Source of the DNA: Octopus vulgaris
Lineage: Eukaryota
NCBI GenBank assembly: GCA_951406725.2
Contig: OX597827.1
Span: forward strand, 72,044,001 to 72,108,000
DNA length: 64,000 nucleotides
Reading direction: 5' to 3'
Below the pieces are notes generated by a model that worked only from the letters and a program-made list of their open reading frames with translations, had not been told where the DNA came from and did no database searches. Position 1 is the first letter of the stretch. Every line of letters starts with the position of its first letter. A program made the position numbers and the translations under genes. Positions 26,929 through 38,986 of this stretch are shown piece after piece.

Positions 26929-27382
26929 CGCACACACATATATATAGGTACACACATGAGCAGTTCTTGTTTTCTAAACCTTCAATTTACAAGAAATTTT
27001 GAAGCAAAATGAAATTATTTTTCTTGAAAATTTCAGTTGATGTTATTAAACTCTGAGCATAATTCAATGCATGCAGCACAGAAACGATGCATGAGCAGAC
27101 ATACAAGCCTGTCGCCCAAGCCAAGGGCTAAATCATATTGCTGTGAGTTGGCAAAACTCCAGCCTCCTTTTGCTCACTGTTTGTTGTACTTGCTTCAAAT
27201 CAGCAGTCATTCTGCCATCACCCGACAGACACTAATGTGGCCGTCTTACACAATGATTTTCATTTGCTGCCCCCAATTTTTTTTAATGGGAAAATAACAT
27301 CCAATTAACAAGCTCTAGATTGCTGGATAATAATTAGGAATGAATTTTCATCAAGTCAGGAACTTGATGTATATATATACAA

Positions 27383-27423
<41 letters not shown>

Positions 27424-27806
27424 TCATCATCATCATCATCGTTTAACGTCCGTTCTCCATGGTAGCATGGGTTGGACGGTTCAACCGGGGATCTGGGAAG
27501 CCAGAAGGCTGCACCAGGCTCCAGTCTTATCTGGCAAAGTTTCTACATCTGGATGCCCTTCCTAACGCCAACCACTCCGTATATATATATATATATACAA
27601 ACACATGTTTTATATATATATAAATGTATACATTTATCCTTATCTATTACATATATGAAATTGCGTGTGTGTATGATATATATATATATATATATTTAAT
27701 TTAATACGTAAAAAAGGGTGGAATATAATTAATTTAATAAAATTAATAAATTTCACCTAGTAGATTTATTGGTATGGAAAAGACCATATTTGGTAAGGGT
27801 TACAAT

Positions 27807-28010
27807 TATAATTATAATTAAGGGTTAATTGCAACAAGTTGCTCAAAACCACATACCGAAAATATTAGAAACAGCAGTCAAATTGATCACTATTTCCTCT
27901 ACTAATAAAAAGTAGTAGAGGAAATAGTGATCAATTTGACTGCTATTTCTAATATTTTCGGTATGTGGATTTGAGCAACTTGTTGCAATTAACCCTTAAT
28001 TATAATTATA
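27807..28010. repeat. Near-perfect palindrome, about 98-bp arms with an 8-nt loop
   Basis: ...gatcactatttcctctacta ataaaaag tagtagaggaaatagtgatc... Confidence 0.92.
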
Positions 28011-28063
28011 TTTAATTTATATGTACATATATAAGTATACATAAATAATATATTACGCATGTA

Positions 28064-28119
<56 letters not shown>

Positions 28120-28254
28120 TGTCACTGTATGCCTGTGTCTGTTTCATATTCCTTCTTTTATATTTATTGGGCTTTTAATTTAAACACTGTTCTTTTTTTA
28201 CTTTCGGCATGCAGCCATATTTTTTTGTAAACATACATACATATACCTTATATA

Positions 28255-28268
28255 CATATATAAATGAT

Positions 28269-28301
<33 letters not shown>

Positions 28302-28320
28302 TTAATGATTTATATTTATA

Positions 28321-28355
<35 letters not shown>

Positions 28356-28679
28356 ATATATATATATATATACATATATGATTTATATATATATATACAC
28401 ATATATGATTCATATATATATATATATACATACACATATATGATTTATATTTATATATATATAAATGATCTATATATTTATACATATGATTCATATTATA
28501 TATATATATATATACTATATATTTATACATATGATTCATATATATATATATATATGATTTATATATTTATACATATATGATTTATATATATATATATATA
28601 AATAATCTATATTTTATACATATATGATTCATATATATATATATATATATAAATAATCTATATATTTATACATATATGA

Positions 28680-28714
<35 letters not shown>

Positions 28715-29085
28715 ATCTATACATTTATACATATATATTCATATATATATATATATATATATAAATAATCTATATATTTATACATATATGATTCATATAT
28801 ATATATATATATATAAATAATCTATATATTTATACATATATGATTCATATATATATATAAATAATCTATATATTTATACATATATGATTCATATATATAT
28901 ATATATATATAAATATATTTATACATATATATTCATATATATATATATATATATAAAATAATCTATATATTTATACATATATGATTCATATATATATATA
29001 TATATATATAAATAATCTATATATTTATACATATATGATTCATATATATATATATATAAATAATCTATATATTTATACACACACA
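28255..29085. repeat. AT-rich minisatellite just 3' of the zinc-finger stop codon
   Basis: Repeated tatgattca(ta)n aataatctatatatttataca units. Confidence 0.9.
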
Positions 29086-29176
29086 CCATCCTCCTCTTCT
29101 TCACACACAAATAAAAATTTAAACAATATTCAATCTTCTTTGGAAAAAAAAACAAACATAATAGTTGCTTTTCTTT

Positions 29177-30359
29177 TTAACTAGGACAAGACACTTGACA
29201 GGTATCTGATCCATGTATGGATTGCAGATGGCTTTGCAAAGTGTGGTTCTGAGAGAAATTCTTGCCACATATATCACAGTGGAAAGGTTTACGGCTAGAA
29301 ATGTTGCGGACACTGTCAGATAAATGGATGATTTTATGTTTCTGAAGATTGCCTCGGAGTGAAAACTCTTTGCCACAGATCTCGCAACTAAACGGTTTCA
29401 GTCCTGTATGAATGATTTTGTGTTTCTCCATGTTGCCGCGAAGGGCAAAAGCCTTGCCGCAGACGTTGCACTGGAACAGCTTTTCGCCAGTGTGGATAAT
29501 CCGATGCTTCTGTAGGTTGCCGCGGAGGCCGAAGGTTTTGCCACAGACCTCGCACGGGAATGGTTTCTCCCCTGAGTGTAGTTTCCTGTGCTTTTGCATG
29601 TTGCCTATCAGTGCAAAAGCACGACCACAAATGTCGCAGTGAAAGAACTTGCTCGGAAACGGGCTGGGTTTTGAAGACTGTGCTGCTGGCATCATGACCT
29701 GAGATATTGGTGACGGCGTCGATGACAATGATGATGGCGGTGGCGGCGGTGGTGGTAGAGCAGTGGTTGTTGATGTCGGCGGCGTTGGATGCTGAGGTGG
29801 TGGTGGTGATGGGGTGTGATCAGCATGGGGGAGCTGCTGTTGTGGTTTTGTTGGTAAAGGATTCACTAAAGAATTTCCCATCGAACTGTCACCAACTCCA
29901 TTGCGACCGTTGGCGTTAGAAATATTATGTCTTCTGTTGGTGTTGTTGTTGTTATTGTTATTATTGTTAGTGTTGTTGTTGCTGCTATTAGGAGTGCTGC
30001 CATTGCTGTTGTTGCAGCAACTGTTTTGGGACATGCGCTGAGAAAGCTGTGATAAATTGGTAGGAAGGTGGGGCAAATGCATGTGGGTCGGGGGAGGCTG
30101 GCTGCGATGGGGCCGATGGTAATTCCGCAAAATTATCTCCTTTCGACAAGATTCGCAGTGCTTTTCGCTGGCCGAAGGACGTCCTGGGTCTTTATGGAAC
30201 AAACTCTGTGCAAAAGTGTTTCCGCAGAGGGTACAGTGAGACACTTTGCAGCGGATTGCTTTGTAATTCTGCATCATACTTCCCTGAGGATACATCTGCT
30301 TGGCGAGTGAGCCGTAAACACCACTGTCATGCATGGGCGACTTCTCTGAGCCAAGGAGC
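29177..30359 (-). CDS. C2H2 zinc-finger protein: five C-terminal fingers, two degenerate N-terminal Cys/His motifs, Asn/Pro/Ser low-complexity middle
   Basis: Uninterrupted ORF with five CxxC...H-x3/4-H fingers and SGEKP/TGEKL/TGLKP linkers. A polypyrimidine tract and AG acceptor end at 30360. First in-frame Met is at 30334 (MHDSG). The ORF-track start at 30418 is intronic. Confidence 0.92.
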
Positions 30360-30746
30360 CTTAAAAAGAAAAAAAAAACAAAACAACAAATAGAGTCTGC
30401 TATATTTTTTTTTGTCAAAACTATTCAAATTTTTACAAAGTTGACACACAAAACTCATTAACTTTTAACTCTTTAACATTCAGATTATTCTGACAAATGT
30501 TATACTTAATTATTCACAGTGCCCCAGCATGGCCACAGTCTAATGTCTGAAACAAGTAAAAGATTGTTTTGAATTAATCATGCATCATGCTTTTCCTCAT
30601 AGTTTCATGATTTCAATCATGCAGTTTTTCATTTTTAGAATGACATTGTAGGGCAGGTATGAGAGGCTGGATCAGGTCAGCTTGAACAAAGGACAGGTAC
30701 AATATTTGGGGTTTAAATGCTAAAGGGTTAAAGTCTTGTAGTGTTT

Positions 30747-30973
30747 TAACCCTTTCGGTACCAACTCGGCTGAAACCGGCTCTGGCTCTGAGTACAAATG
30801 ACTTGTTTTCATAAGTCTTTAATTAAAATCTTCCACCAAACCTTAGTCACAATTTATGTTCCTAACACTAGCTTAATGATAGCCAAGTTATTTTACTAAA
30901 TTCTTTGCTATATTTGAAGTAATTGAAAGAAACACAGAGCATCTCAAAATAAATACAGTAATGAAAGGGTTAA
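30747..30973. mobile_element. Solo copy of the same piggyBac-like MITE, in opposite orientation
   Basis: TTAA|CCCTTT...AAAGGG|TTAA. The body is the reverse complement of the 54556 unit. Another partial copy is at about 63160-63340. Confidence 0.8.
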
Positions 30974-31201
30974 GGGTAAATTAGGATAAAAAATATGCAG
31001 AAATTTTTGGTACAGGTGTAGAGGTGATTTGTTCAACAAAAAACCCCTCCAAGCTGGTACCCCAGGATGGCCATGAGTAAAAGATAAAAGATAGTATTAT
31101 TGGTAGACATTGCTCCTATATTACTATTATTACATTTTCCTTTCTGTCCGCATCTCAGACACACAGACATGTACATGTATTAGCCAGGTTGATATTGAAG
31201 A

Positions 31202-31428
31202 TTAACCCTTTAGCATTCAGGTTATTCTATCAAACATAATGCCTATTGATTCCCATTGATTTGAATAAGTCATGCATTATCTCATATCTTCAAGATCTTG
31301 ACAGTGTAATTACTTAATGTAGAATAACATTGTAGGGTAGCTGTGAGAGCCTGGATCTGGTCAGTTTGAACATAAAACAGATTAACTATTTTGGCCGGAT
31401 ATGGCCGGTTTAAATACTAAAGGGTTAA
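31202..31428. mobile_element. Second piggyBac-like MITE family (other copies near 635-860, 30465-30731, 41928-42925, 46590-47176, 62950-63160, 63730-63915)
   Basis: TTAA|CCCTTTAGCATT...AATACTAAAGGG|TTAA, with a shared body gaatgacattgtagggtag. Confidence 0.78.
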
Positions 31429-31693
31429 AGTATAAACTCTGCTACTTACCATTCAGGTGACGGACGAGAGCCTAAGTTGTCTCGCATCATTGAGTTTGAA
31501 GGATGCATCTTTCCACCCAATAAAAGGTTTCAGAAAATCTGCAATAAATAAATAAATAAATAAATAAATGAATAACGATTTTGTGTATGCATGTGTGGTA
31601 TTTATATCATCATCACCATCCATCAACATCATATTAATGTCCACTTTTCCATGCTTGCTTGGGTTGGACGAAGTTGTGGTGGTAGTGAAGGCT

Positions 31694-31731
<38 letters not shown>

Positions 31732-31734
<3 letters not shown>

Positions 31735-32125
31735 TCTTTTACTTGTTTCAGTCATTTGACTCCGGCCATGCTGGAGCACCGCCTTTAGTCAAGTAACTCG
31801 ACTCCGGGTCTTATTCTTTTTGTAAGCCCAGTACTTATTCTATCGGTCTCTTTTTGCCGAACCGCTAAGTGACGGGGACGTAAACACACCAGCATCGGTT
31901 GTCAAGCAATGCTAGGGGAACAAACACAGACACATACATATATATATATATACATATATACGACAGGCTTCTTTCAGTTTCTGTCTACCAAATCCACTCA
32001 CAAGGCATTGGTCGGCCCGGGGCTATAGCAGCAGACACTTGCCCAAGATGCCACGCAGTGGGACTGAACCCGGAACCATGTGGTTGGTTAGCAAGCTACT
32101 TACCACACAGCCACTCCTGCGCCTA
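31732..32125 (-). mobile_element. SINE family A copy
   Basis: Full-length reverse-complement match. Confidence 0.88.
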
Positions 32126-33739
32126 TATATATATATTACGGAGATGTACTTGCATAGCAGGTGACCTGATCTGAGATTGTGTGCTGGAGCAAAAACAATT
32201 GCAGCATGGAAGGTGCAGCACGGAATTTTGTCAGTGAACAGGTCGCGGTCTCAAAGCGATGAAAATGTTTTGGCTAATTAAATTTAAATGTTGAAGTGAA
32301 TCTAACGGTTTTTGTGTATTTCTTAAATGGCCTATAAACACTTTCCACACTGCATACATACAGATCATTGTCATCATTCAATGTCCGTTTTCCATGCTGG
32401 CATGGGTTGGATGATTTGACTGAAAAACTGGTAAGCTGCACAAGGTTCCAATCTGATTCGGCATTGTTTTCTATGGCTCTATGCCCTTCCTAATACGAAC
32501 CACTCCAGGAATGTAGTGGGTGCTTTTTACATGCTGCCGGCATCAGCTATGGCTACAATCAAACTTGGCTCGAAAGGTCTTCTCAATCACGGTATATCAC
32601 CAAATACCGTGCTTGAGAAGACCTGTCACGTCAAGTGAGATCATAGTCGTGGCCGACACCAGTGTTTCATAACTGGCACACACACACACACACACATTGC
32701 AAACAAACTTAGGATCTTTTCCTTTTGATAGACAGAATTCAACACAATTTCTAGTTAACTAAACAATTTGAAACTTTGTATACTGGTAGAATGTGTCAAA
32801 AGAAAACATTATTTTCACTTGGCTTTTTTGATAAATTTGTAATTCGTTTGTTTAACGTAGTTTAATTTTTCGAATTTTAACCAATCCTATGCTCTCTTTT
32901 GAGCTGAAATCATTTGCTGCATTATCATCATCATCATCGTTTAGCGTCCGCTTTCCATGCTAGCATGGGTTGGACGGTTCAACTGGGGTCTGGGAAGCCA
33001 GAAGGCTGCACCAGGCCCAGTTTGATCTGGCAATCGATATTGATAAATAAACGAGGAGGGTCGTGTTGGCATGTGCTAGAAATAACAGCCATATCTCTTA
33101 AATCGATGAATTTCGTCGCCCAATAAAAATATTCAGTATTCTACAGAATATAAAGGGATTCTTGAACACAGGATGGCCATAGAGACAGCTTAGAAAATTG
33201 GGTAAATACTCTTTAGAAGACAGGTAAAAATCTCTACAGAGAAAAAACCCCACCAGGCTTATCAGCCACTTTTTCCTGTCTTCAAAAGGGTAACTGAGCT
33301 GATTTTCAAAGCAGCATTCACAGCCTCACGCATTTGTGATTTCCTTTATTTTCTGTTCATATAAATTATTTTATTTGTTTCAGCCATTTGACGGCAGCCA
33401 TGCTGGAGCATTGTCTTTAGCTGAACAAATCGACCCTTGGATTTATTCTTTGTAAGCCTAGTACTTATTCTATCAGTCTCTTTTGCTGAACCGTAAGTTA
33501 CAGGGATGTAAACACACCAACATCGGTTGTCAAGCGATGGTGGGGGACTAACACAAACATATACAAACATACATACATACACACACATATATATATATGT
33601 ATGTATGACAGGCATCTTTCAGTTTTTTTGTCTACAAGGCTTTGGTTGGCCTGAGGCTATAGTAGAAGACACTTGGCCAATGTGCCAAGCAGTGGGACTG
33701 AACCCAGAACCACATAGTTGGGAAGCTAAGGGAGAATGA

Positions 33740-36302
33740 AGAATTTGAACATACAAACTCAGTCTGTGATATATTTATAGTAAAGATAAGCAACTTGATG
33801 TGGTAATATGTATATTATATCATCCATCTGATGCCTCAAATCATGATGATAAATTTGGGGGAAGCCTTAGAATGATAAAAGAAGTATCAATGAAACCAGA
33901 TCAATACACTAATATAACTCCACAGGACAGCTCCAAATTCATGAACAACAGATGGCCCAAAGGCAACATAATCTCAGGAATGACATGCAAACAGAATCAG
34001 GCAAAATCTCTACTTGATCACATGGAAATGATGCTTATGGAACAAACAATACTATTCCCAATCCAGAACTGCATCTTAGACCTCTGCTTCGTCAATAACA
34101 TGGATCTTATCCACAATGTGAAAATGTGGCCAACAATTTTCTCTGACCACAACATAATAGTACTGACAATGTAAGGTTCAAAGTTGATTAAAAAATGTAT
34201 ACAACACAAGAAGCCCCCAAACTATGCATTGTGGGCTTCTACAAGGCTAACAGGAAATTAGTTCAAAAAGAGATCCTCAAACAATATTGATGAAAAAGAC
34301 TGTATGCAAGACACTGATATGAACTTAGAGAATTTATGTCAATAATGCCAGCCAGATGCATTTTTGTTCCTGAGAGGAGAACCAATATACACAAAAGCAT
34401 TATTCTTGGAGACAGGAGAGTTCTTATGAGATGAAAAATAAAGATTTCAAATTGCTTAAATAAGGGAATTAATGACAGTGAGAAGCCCGACCGCAAAGAG
34501 GTAGAGAATGAAAACACACTCAGCCTCTCTCATGAAAAAGAAAGGAGAGAAAGAGAAAGCAGGGTAATTGAAAATATAAAAACAAACCACAAGGCCTTAC
34601 AAATTTTCAAAAGAACCAGCTTCAAGATCGGGATCACTGACTACAGATCCCAGGAGGATAAGTGAAATACTTAATAAACAATTCCAGAGAGTTTTCACCT
34701 CTCCATTGGGAAGAGACAACTATCAATTCATCATCATCGTAACTAATATTTAATGTCCATCTTCTATGCTGTCAAGTCAGAAGACTGCACCAAGCCTCAA
34801 TGTCTGTTTTAGCATGGTTTTTTTACAGAGATGTAATACTGTCCATTGATGAGATCAACTTGAACTTGGTGGCAAGCTCTGATGGTTTTTTTCCAGCTAT
34901 TCTTTTAAAGACATGCAAGAGATCTCTCACAAAGCCACTGGAGATATTTTTCCTGAGCTTCTTTGCAAGAGGCAAACTTTCCAAAATCTTAAAAGAAGGT
35001 ATCATACATCCTATCCACAAAAGAGGGAGCAGTGCAGATGCTAAAAATGACAGGCCTATCTTTTTGACAACTTATGTAGCTAAGTCATGGAACTCAGAAG
35101 GAAGCTGGTTATATTCCTAAAAGAATAGAGTATGCTCACTAACATGCTTCTGCCAAGGAAAGTGGTGCCTTATCAGCTCCTACAACACTTTGACTGGGTG
35201 CTGAAACAAGTCAATCATTCAAATGTGGATGTGCTGTATCTCAACTTGCCAAGGCATTTAATAAAGTTGATCAAGGGATAATATGTCACAAACTGCATGA
35301 CTTTGGCATAATTGGAAAACTAAGGGAGTAGCTGCATGACTTTTTAAAAGATTGGAGCAGTTGCAGCCACTGGCACTCTCTCTGAAAAGACATTAATTCT
35401 AAGTGGAATCCCTCAGGGTACTGTACTACTGATTGTGGTGGCCTTCCCAGGCAATGCTGATGGTGCAAAAGTATCACAAGTAGTCAAAGGCCTTGAAGAC
35501 TAGATAGAAGTGGGTTGAAGAAAACATACTGTTCAATACTGAGAAATTTCAATCACTTTGCTATCAGCTCACAAACAGAATTCACAGGACTAGGGCACAT
35601 TGTGACCCTATAGTCAGAGTCAGCATGACCTGGGAATCCATGTGAGTGGTAATGCATCATTCCAGTATCTGGGATCATTTGTTCTTGCTCACCTGAATTA
35701 CCCAATTACAGCCAACATAAAGCGTTTGAACTAGCAGCAGAACTCAAGGCATTCTAACGCCACCACATCAACAAGATTGCTCCAGTGTAACAGATGATTT
35801 GCTGGGAGGCTAAAAGAACTGAGGCTCTACTACCAAGAGAGAAAACATGAAAGATATGCAGTGATACATACATATACACATATATATATATCTGGAAGAA
35901 CGTGTAAGGTCTAGCATCCAACTTCTGGACTGAAATCTATACCAATCACTGGACTGGATAGGATTGGACATCACTGCATAATAACCAAAGATCCCATCCT
36001 CTCCAGCAAGAGTAAGGAGATTAGGGTTCAGAGGCTTATGACTTTTCAAAAGGCCTCATAGATCCATGGGAAGTGGATGTGTCAAAGAACATTTAGACAA
36101 ATCTTTATCTGAGATACCAGATGAACCAGCATCGTGGCAAGAAAAATAAAGGCGGGCATCTTTGTCCAAATCACTGCATCACAGAACTGATTCTGGAGAC
36201 AGAGTTGGGGAAAGAGTCTAAAATAAAGTAGCATTTATGCTAATGATGGTGCCCCAACATGGTCAGAGCCCCTGGCTGAAACCAATGAAAAAATAAAAGA
36301 AA
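33740..36302 (+). mobile_element. Heavily decayed CR1-like LINE (endonuclease, RT and 3' end)
   Basis: Fragments read NCILDLCF and SDHNII (APE endonuclease), IIHPIHKRGS...NDRPI, DVLYL and SGIPQG (RT). There are many stops and frameshifts and an A-rich 3' end. Confidence 0.82.
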
Positions 36303-36548
36303 GACTACACAGTGAGAGCAGAATAAAATCAGAGATTTGGATACAAAATATGTTTTATTCGAAACTAGAGATTGCATAATCTTTACACTGGATATACAAG
36401 GATTTACATGAAGCTCTAAACCAAGGTTGACTTATGTTATCTCGTCTGAAATATCAACTTTTCAATACCCACCCACCCACTCATGCCTATATATAGATAC
36501 ACATATACACATAACTATGCGTATATAAAATATACACACATACATTAC

Positions 36549-36595
<47 letters not shown>

Positions 36596-38653
36596 TATAT
36601 ATATATTGTGTGTGTGTGTGTCTGTATGTGTGTTACGCATGAATTAGTAACATATGACAGTTGACAAACCCTTTTCTGGTAAATATTTTCATGAGATGGA
36701 AATACGAGTAAAAAGCAAATGAAATCGTGCGAAAGGAAAATTCTTCATTCTTTAAAATTAAAAAAAAAAAAAAAAAACGCGCCTATTTTCAATGTGATTC
36801 ACTTTTTAAACAATGGGACTTATGACTAAATCATATAAATTTTTTTTAATGATCATCAAAAGAACTGAACGGAAATTACGGCAATCCACTTCAGCGAATT
36901 ATCGTTTGGAACTAATATCGTTTAGAAGAAGCTGTGGTCGTACTAAATAAGTGCACTATAGTGTACAATAGTGTGGAAAACCTACACCAGAGTTAAGAGT
37001 TCTTAAGTTCAATCCCTGGGGTGAGGAGGAGGAAATGTGATATAGATATTCCTCATTTGAAATAGGGTATTCTTGCAAACGCGCTGAATGTATTTTCCGA
37101 AATATAGTAGAGAGTGTATATAAAAGGGTATAAATGAAGTTAAGTGTCTGTAAAAGCCGTAGTCATTTACTTATAATCAGTTATCTCTTAGAAATATTGA
37201 TGTATTAAACGGTTCATAATTATTTCTCTTCGTAAGAGAAATAAGGGGATTTAATCCGAGTGAAAATACGTTGTCTAAATAAATAGTTTGTTTAAAAAGG
37301 GTCTTAATTAGAAAGGCTAAAATAGGAGTAATTAAGCAGAAAGAGATACGTGATTAGCGACGGAAGCAATATTGGTTAATAATAGCATTCTGTCTATCTG
37401 ACTTAATGTGGATATACAAGAAATTGATATATCTATATGTATATATTCAGGTTAAGTAAGTAAGATATACAGAATTCTTGGAAATAATTAATCAGAAAGC
37501 AACAATTAAACAGGAGTGTATGACATGAAAAAGATATGAAAACGTTGTTAGTTACTGAAATTTTTTTTTTAATTAGGTTAAATATTCACGACGAAGAAAA
37601 AAGTATTAGAAAGAAAAGTTTAAGGACGTAAATCGAAAGCTTTTACAGTAAACAAATGGTAATACCTGGAGTAAACGATTGTAGGAAATCAGCAATTTAA
37701 CTTATCTGGTCATCATCGTTTTTATTCAATACATTTATTTGCCTTCTTCTATTGAAACGGTGTTACCTGAGAATAAATCCCTCGTCTGTGAAATTCCAGG
37801 AAAAATATTACTGTTCATTGTGTATATTTCAAAGGGGATAATCATTACAGTTTAGGAAAATATGGAGAAAAAAAAAGTAAAATAAAAAATATCTTAATTA
37901 TTCTAAACAAGTCATTTGATAAGGAAAAGATGGTTGAGTATTCTATGAGAATAGTGAACATTTCACCTTTTGTTTCCGTTTTCATTTTTTCATTGAGAAA
38001 ATTACGTCCCTTGAATTTATTTGCGAAGCGAACCATTTATTTAATTATTATATGCTTTTTTTATACTTTATTCTTTGTTCCAATTAAAATTTAATCAATT
38101 TTCTATGTAATTAGGAATGATTCTAAATACTTAGGGGGTAGTGAGTTACATGTAATGCGCAAGAAGAAATAAGTTGGGGAGAAAGAGAGAAAATATAATA
38201 TAACTAAGTGAAAGAGGAGGGGTCTTTTAATAATGATACCTGTCAATTGTCAAAGTTAGTTCCAGTTTTGACTAAACATCCCCTCGCGTTATATTGGGTT
38301 AAGCAAACAAATTAGCCACTCCGTCGAGTGCGGCACAATGGCTTCAAGTTTTTGACGGTTAAAAACCATTTCAAGGAACAATATGAGATGATCTAAGCTT
38401 TCTTTCTGTTCTGACAAAAAAAAAAAAATTATCTAAAAACTCTGTCAAGCCGTATTTTTTCACAGGTGTTTGTGTGAATTTGAATGTGATGTTTATAACA
38501 GTTTATATCGGTTTTACGCGAAAAAATTCCATAGATCTGCTAATTACCAATTACAGATCAAACTAAATATGATAGTGTTGTAGGTAGACTAATACCAAGA
38601 TATTTTTTTTTATTTCTTTTCGTTTTTTTTTCTTTTTTCTTTTGTAGCATATA

Positions 38654-38986
38654 TACTCTTTTACTAGTTTCAGTCATTTGACTGCGGCCATGCTGGAGCA
38701 CCGCCTTTAGTCGAGCAAATCGACCCCGGGACTTATTCTTTGTAAGCCCAGTACTTATTCTATCGGTCTCTTTTGCCGAACCGCTAAATGACGGGGACGT
38801 AAACACACCACCATCGGTTGTCAAGCAATGCGAGGGGGACAAACACAGACACACAAACACATACACACACACACAAATATATACACATATATACGACAGG
38901 CTTCTTTCAGTTTCCGTCTACCAAATCCACTCACAAGGCATTGGTCGGTCCGGGGCTATAGTAGAAGACACTTGCCCAAGATGCCA
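38654..38986 (-). mobile_element. SINE family A copy (5' truncated)
   Basis: Reverse-complement match. Confidence 0.87.

Noticed and set aside
30360-30418. N-terminal extension MTKKNIADSICCFVFFFFL of the 413-aa ORF
   Set aside because: It starts at a non-ATG codon and is the intron polypyrimidine tract and acceptor.
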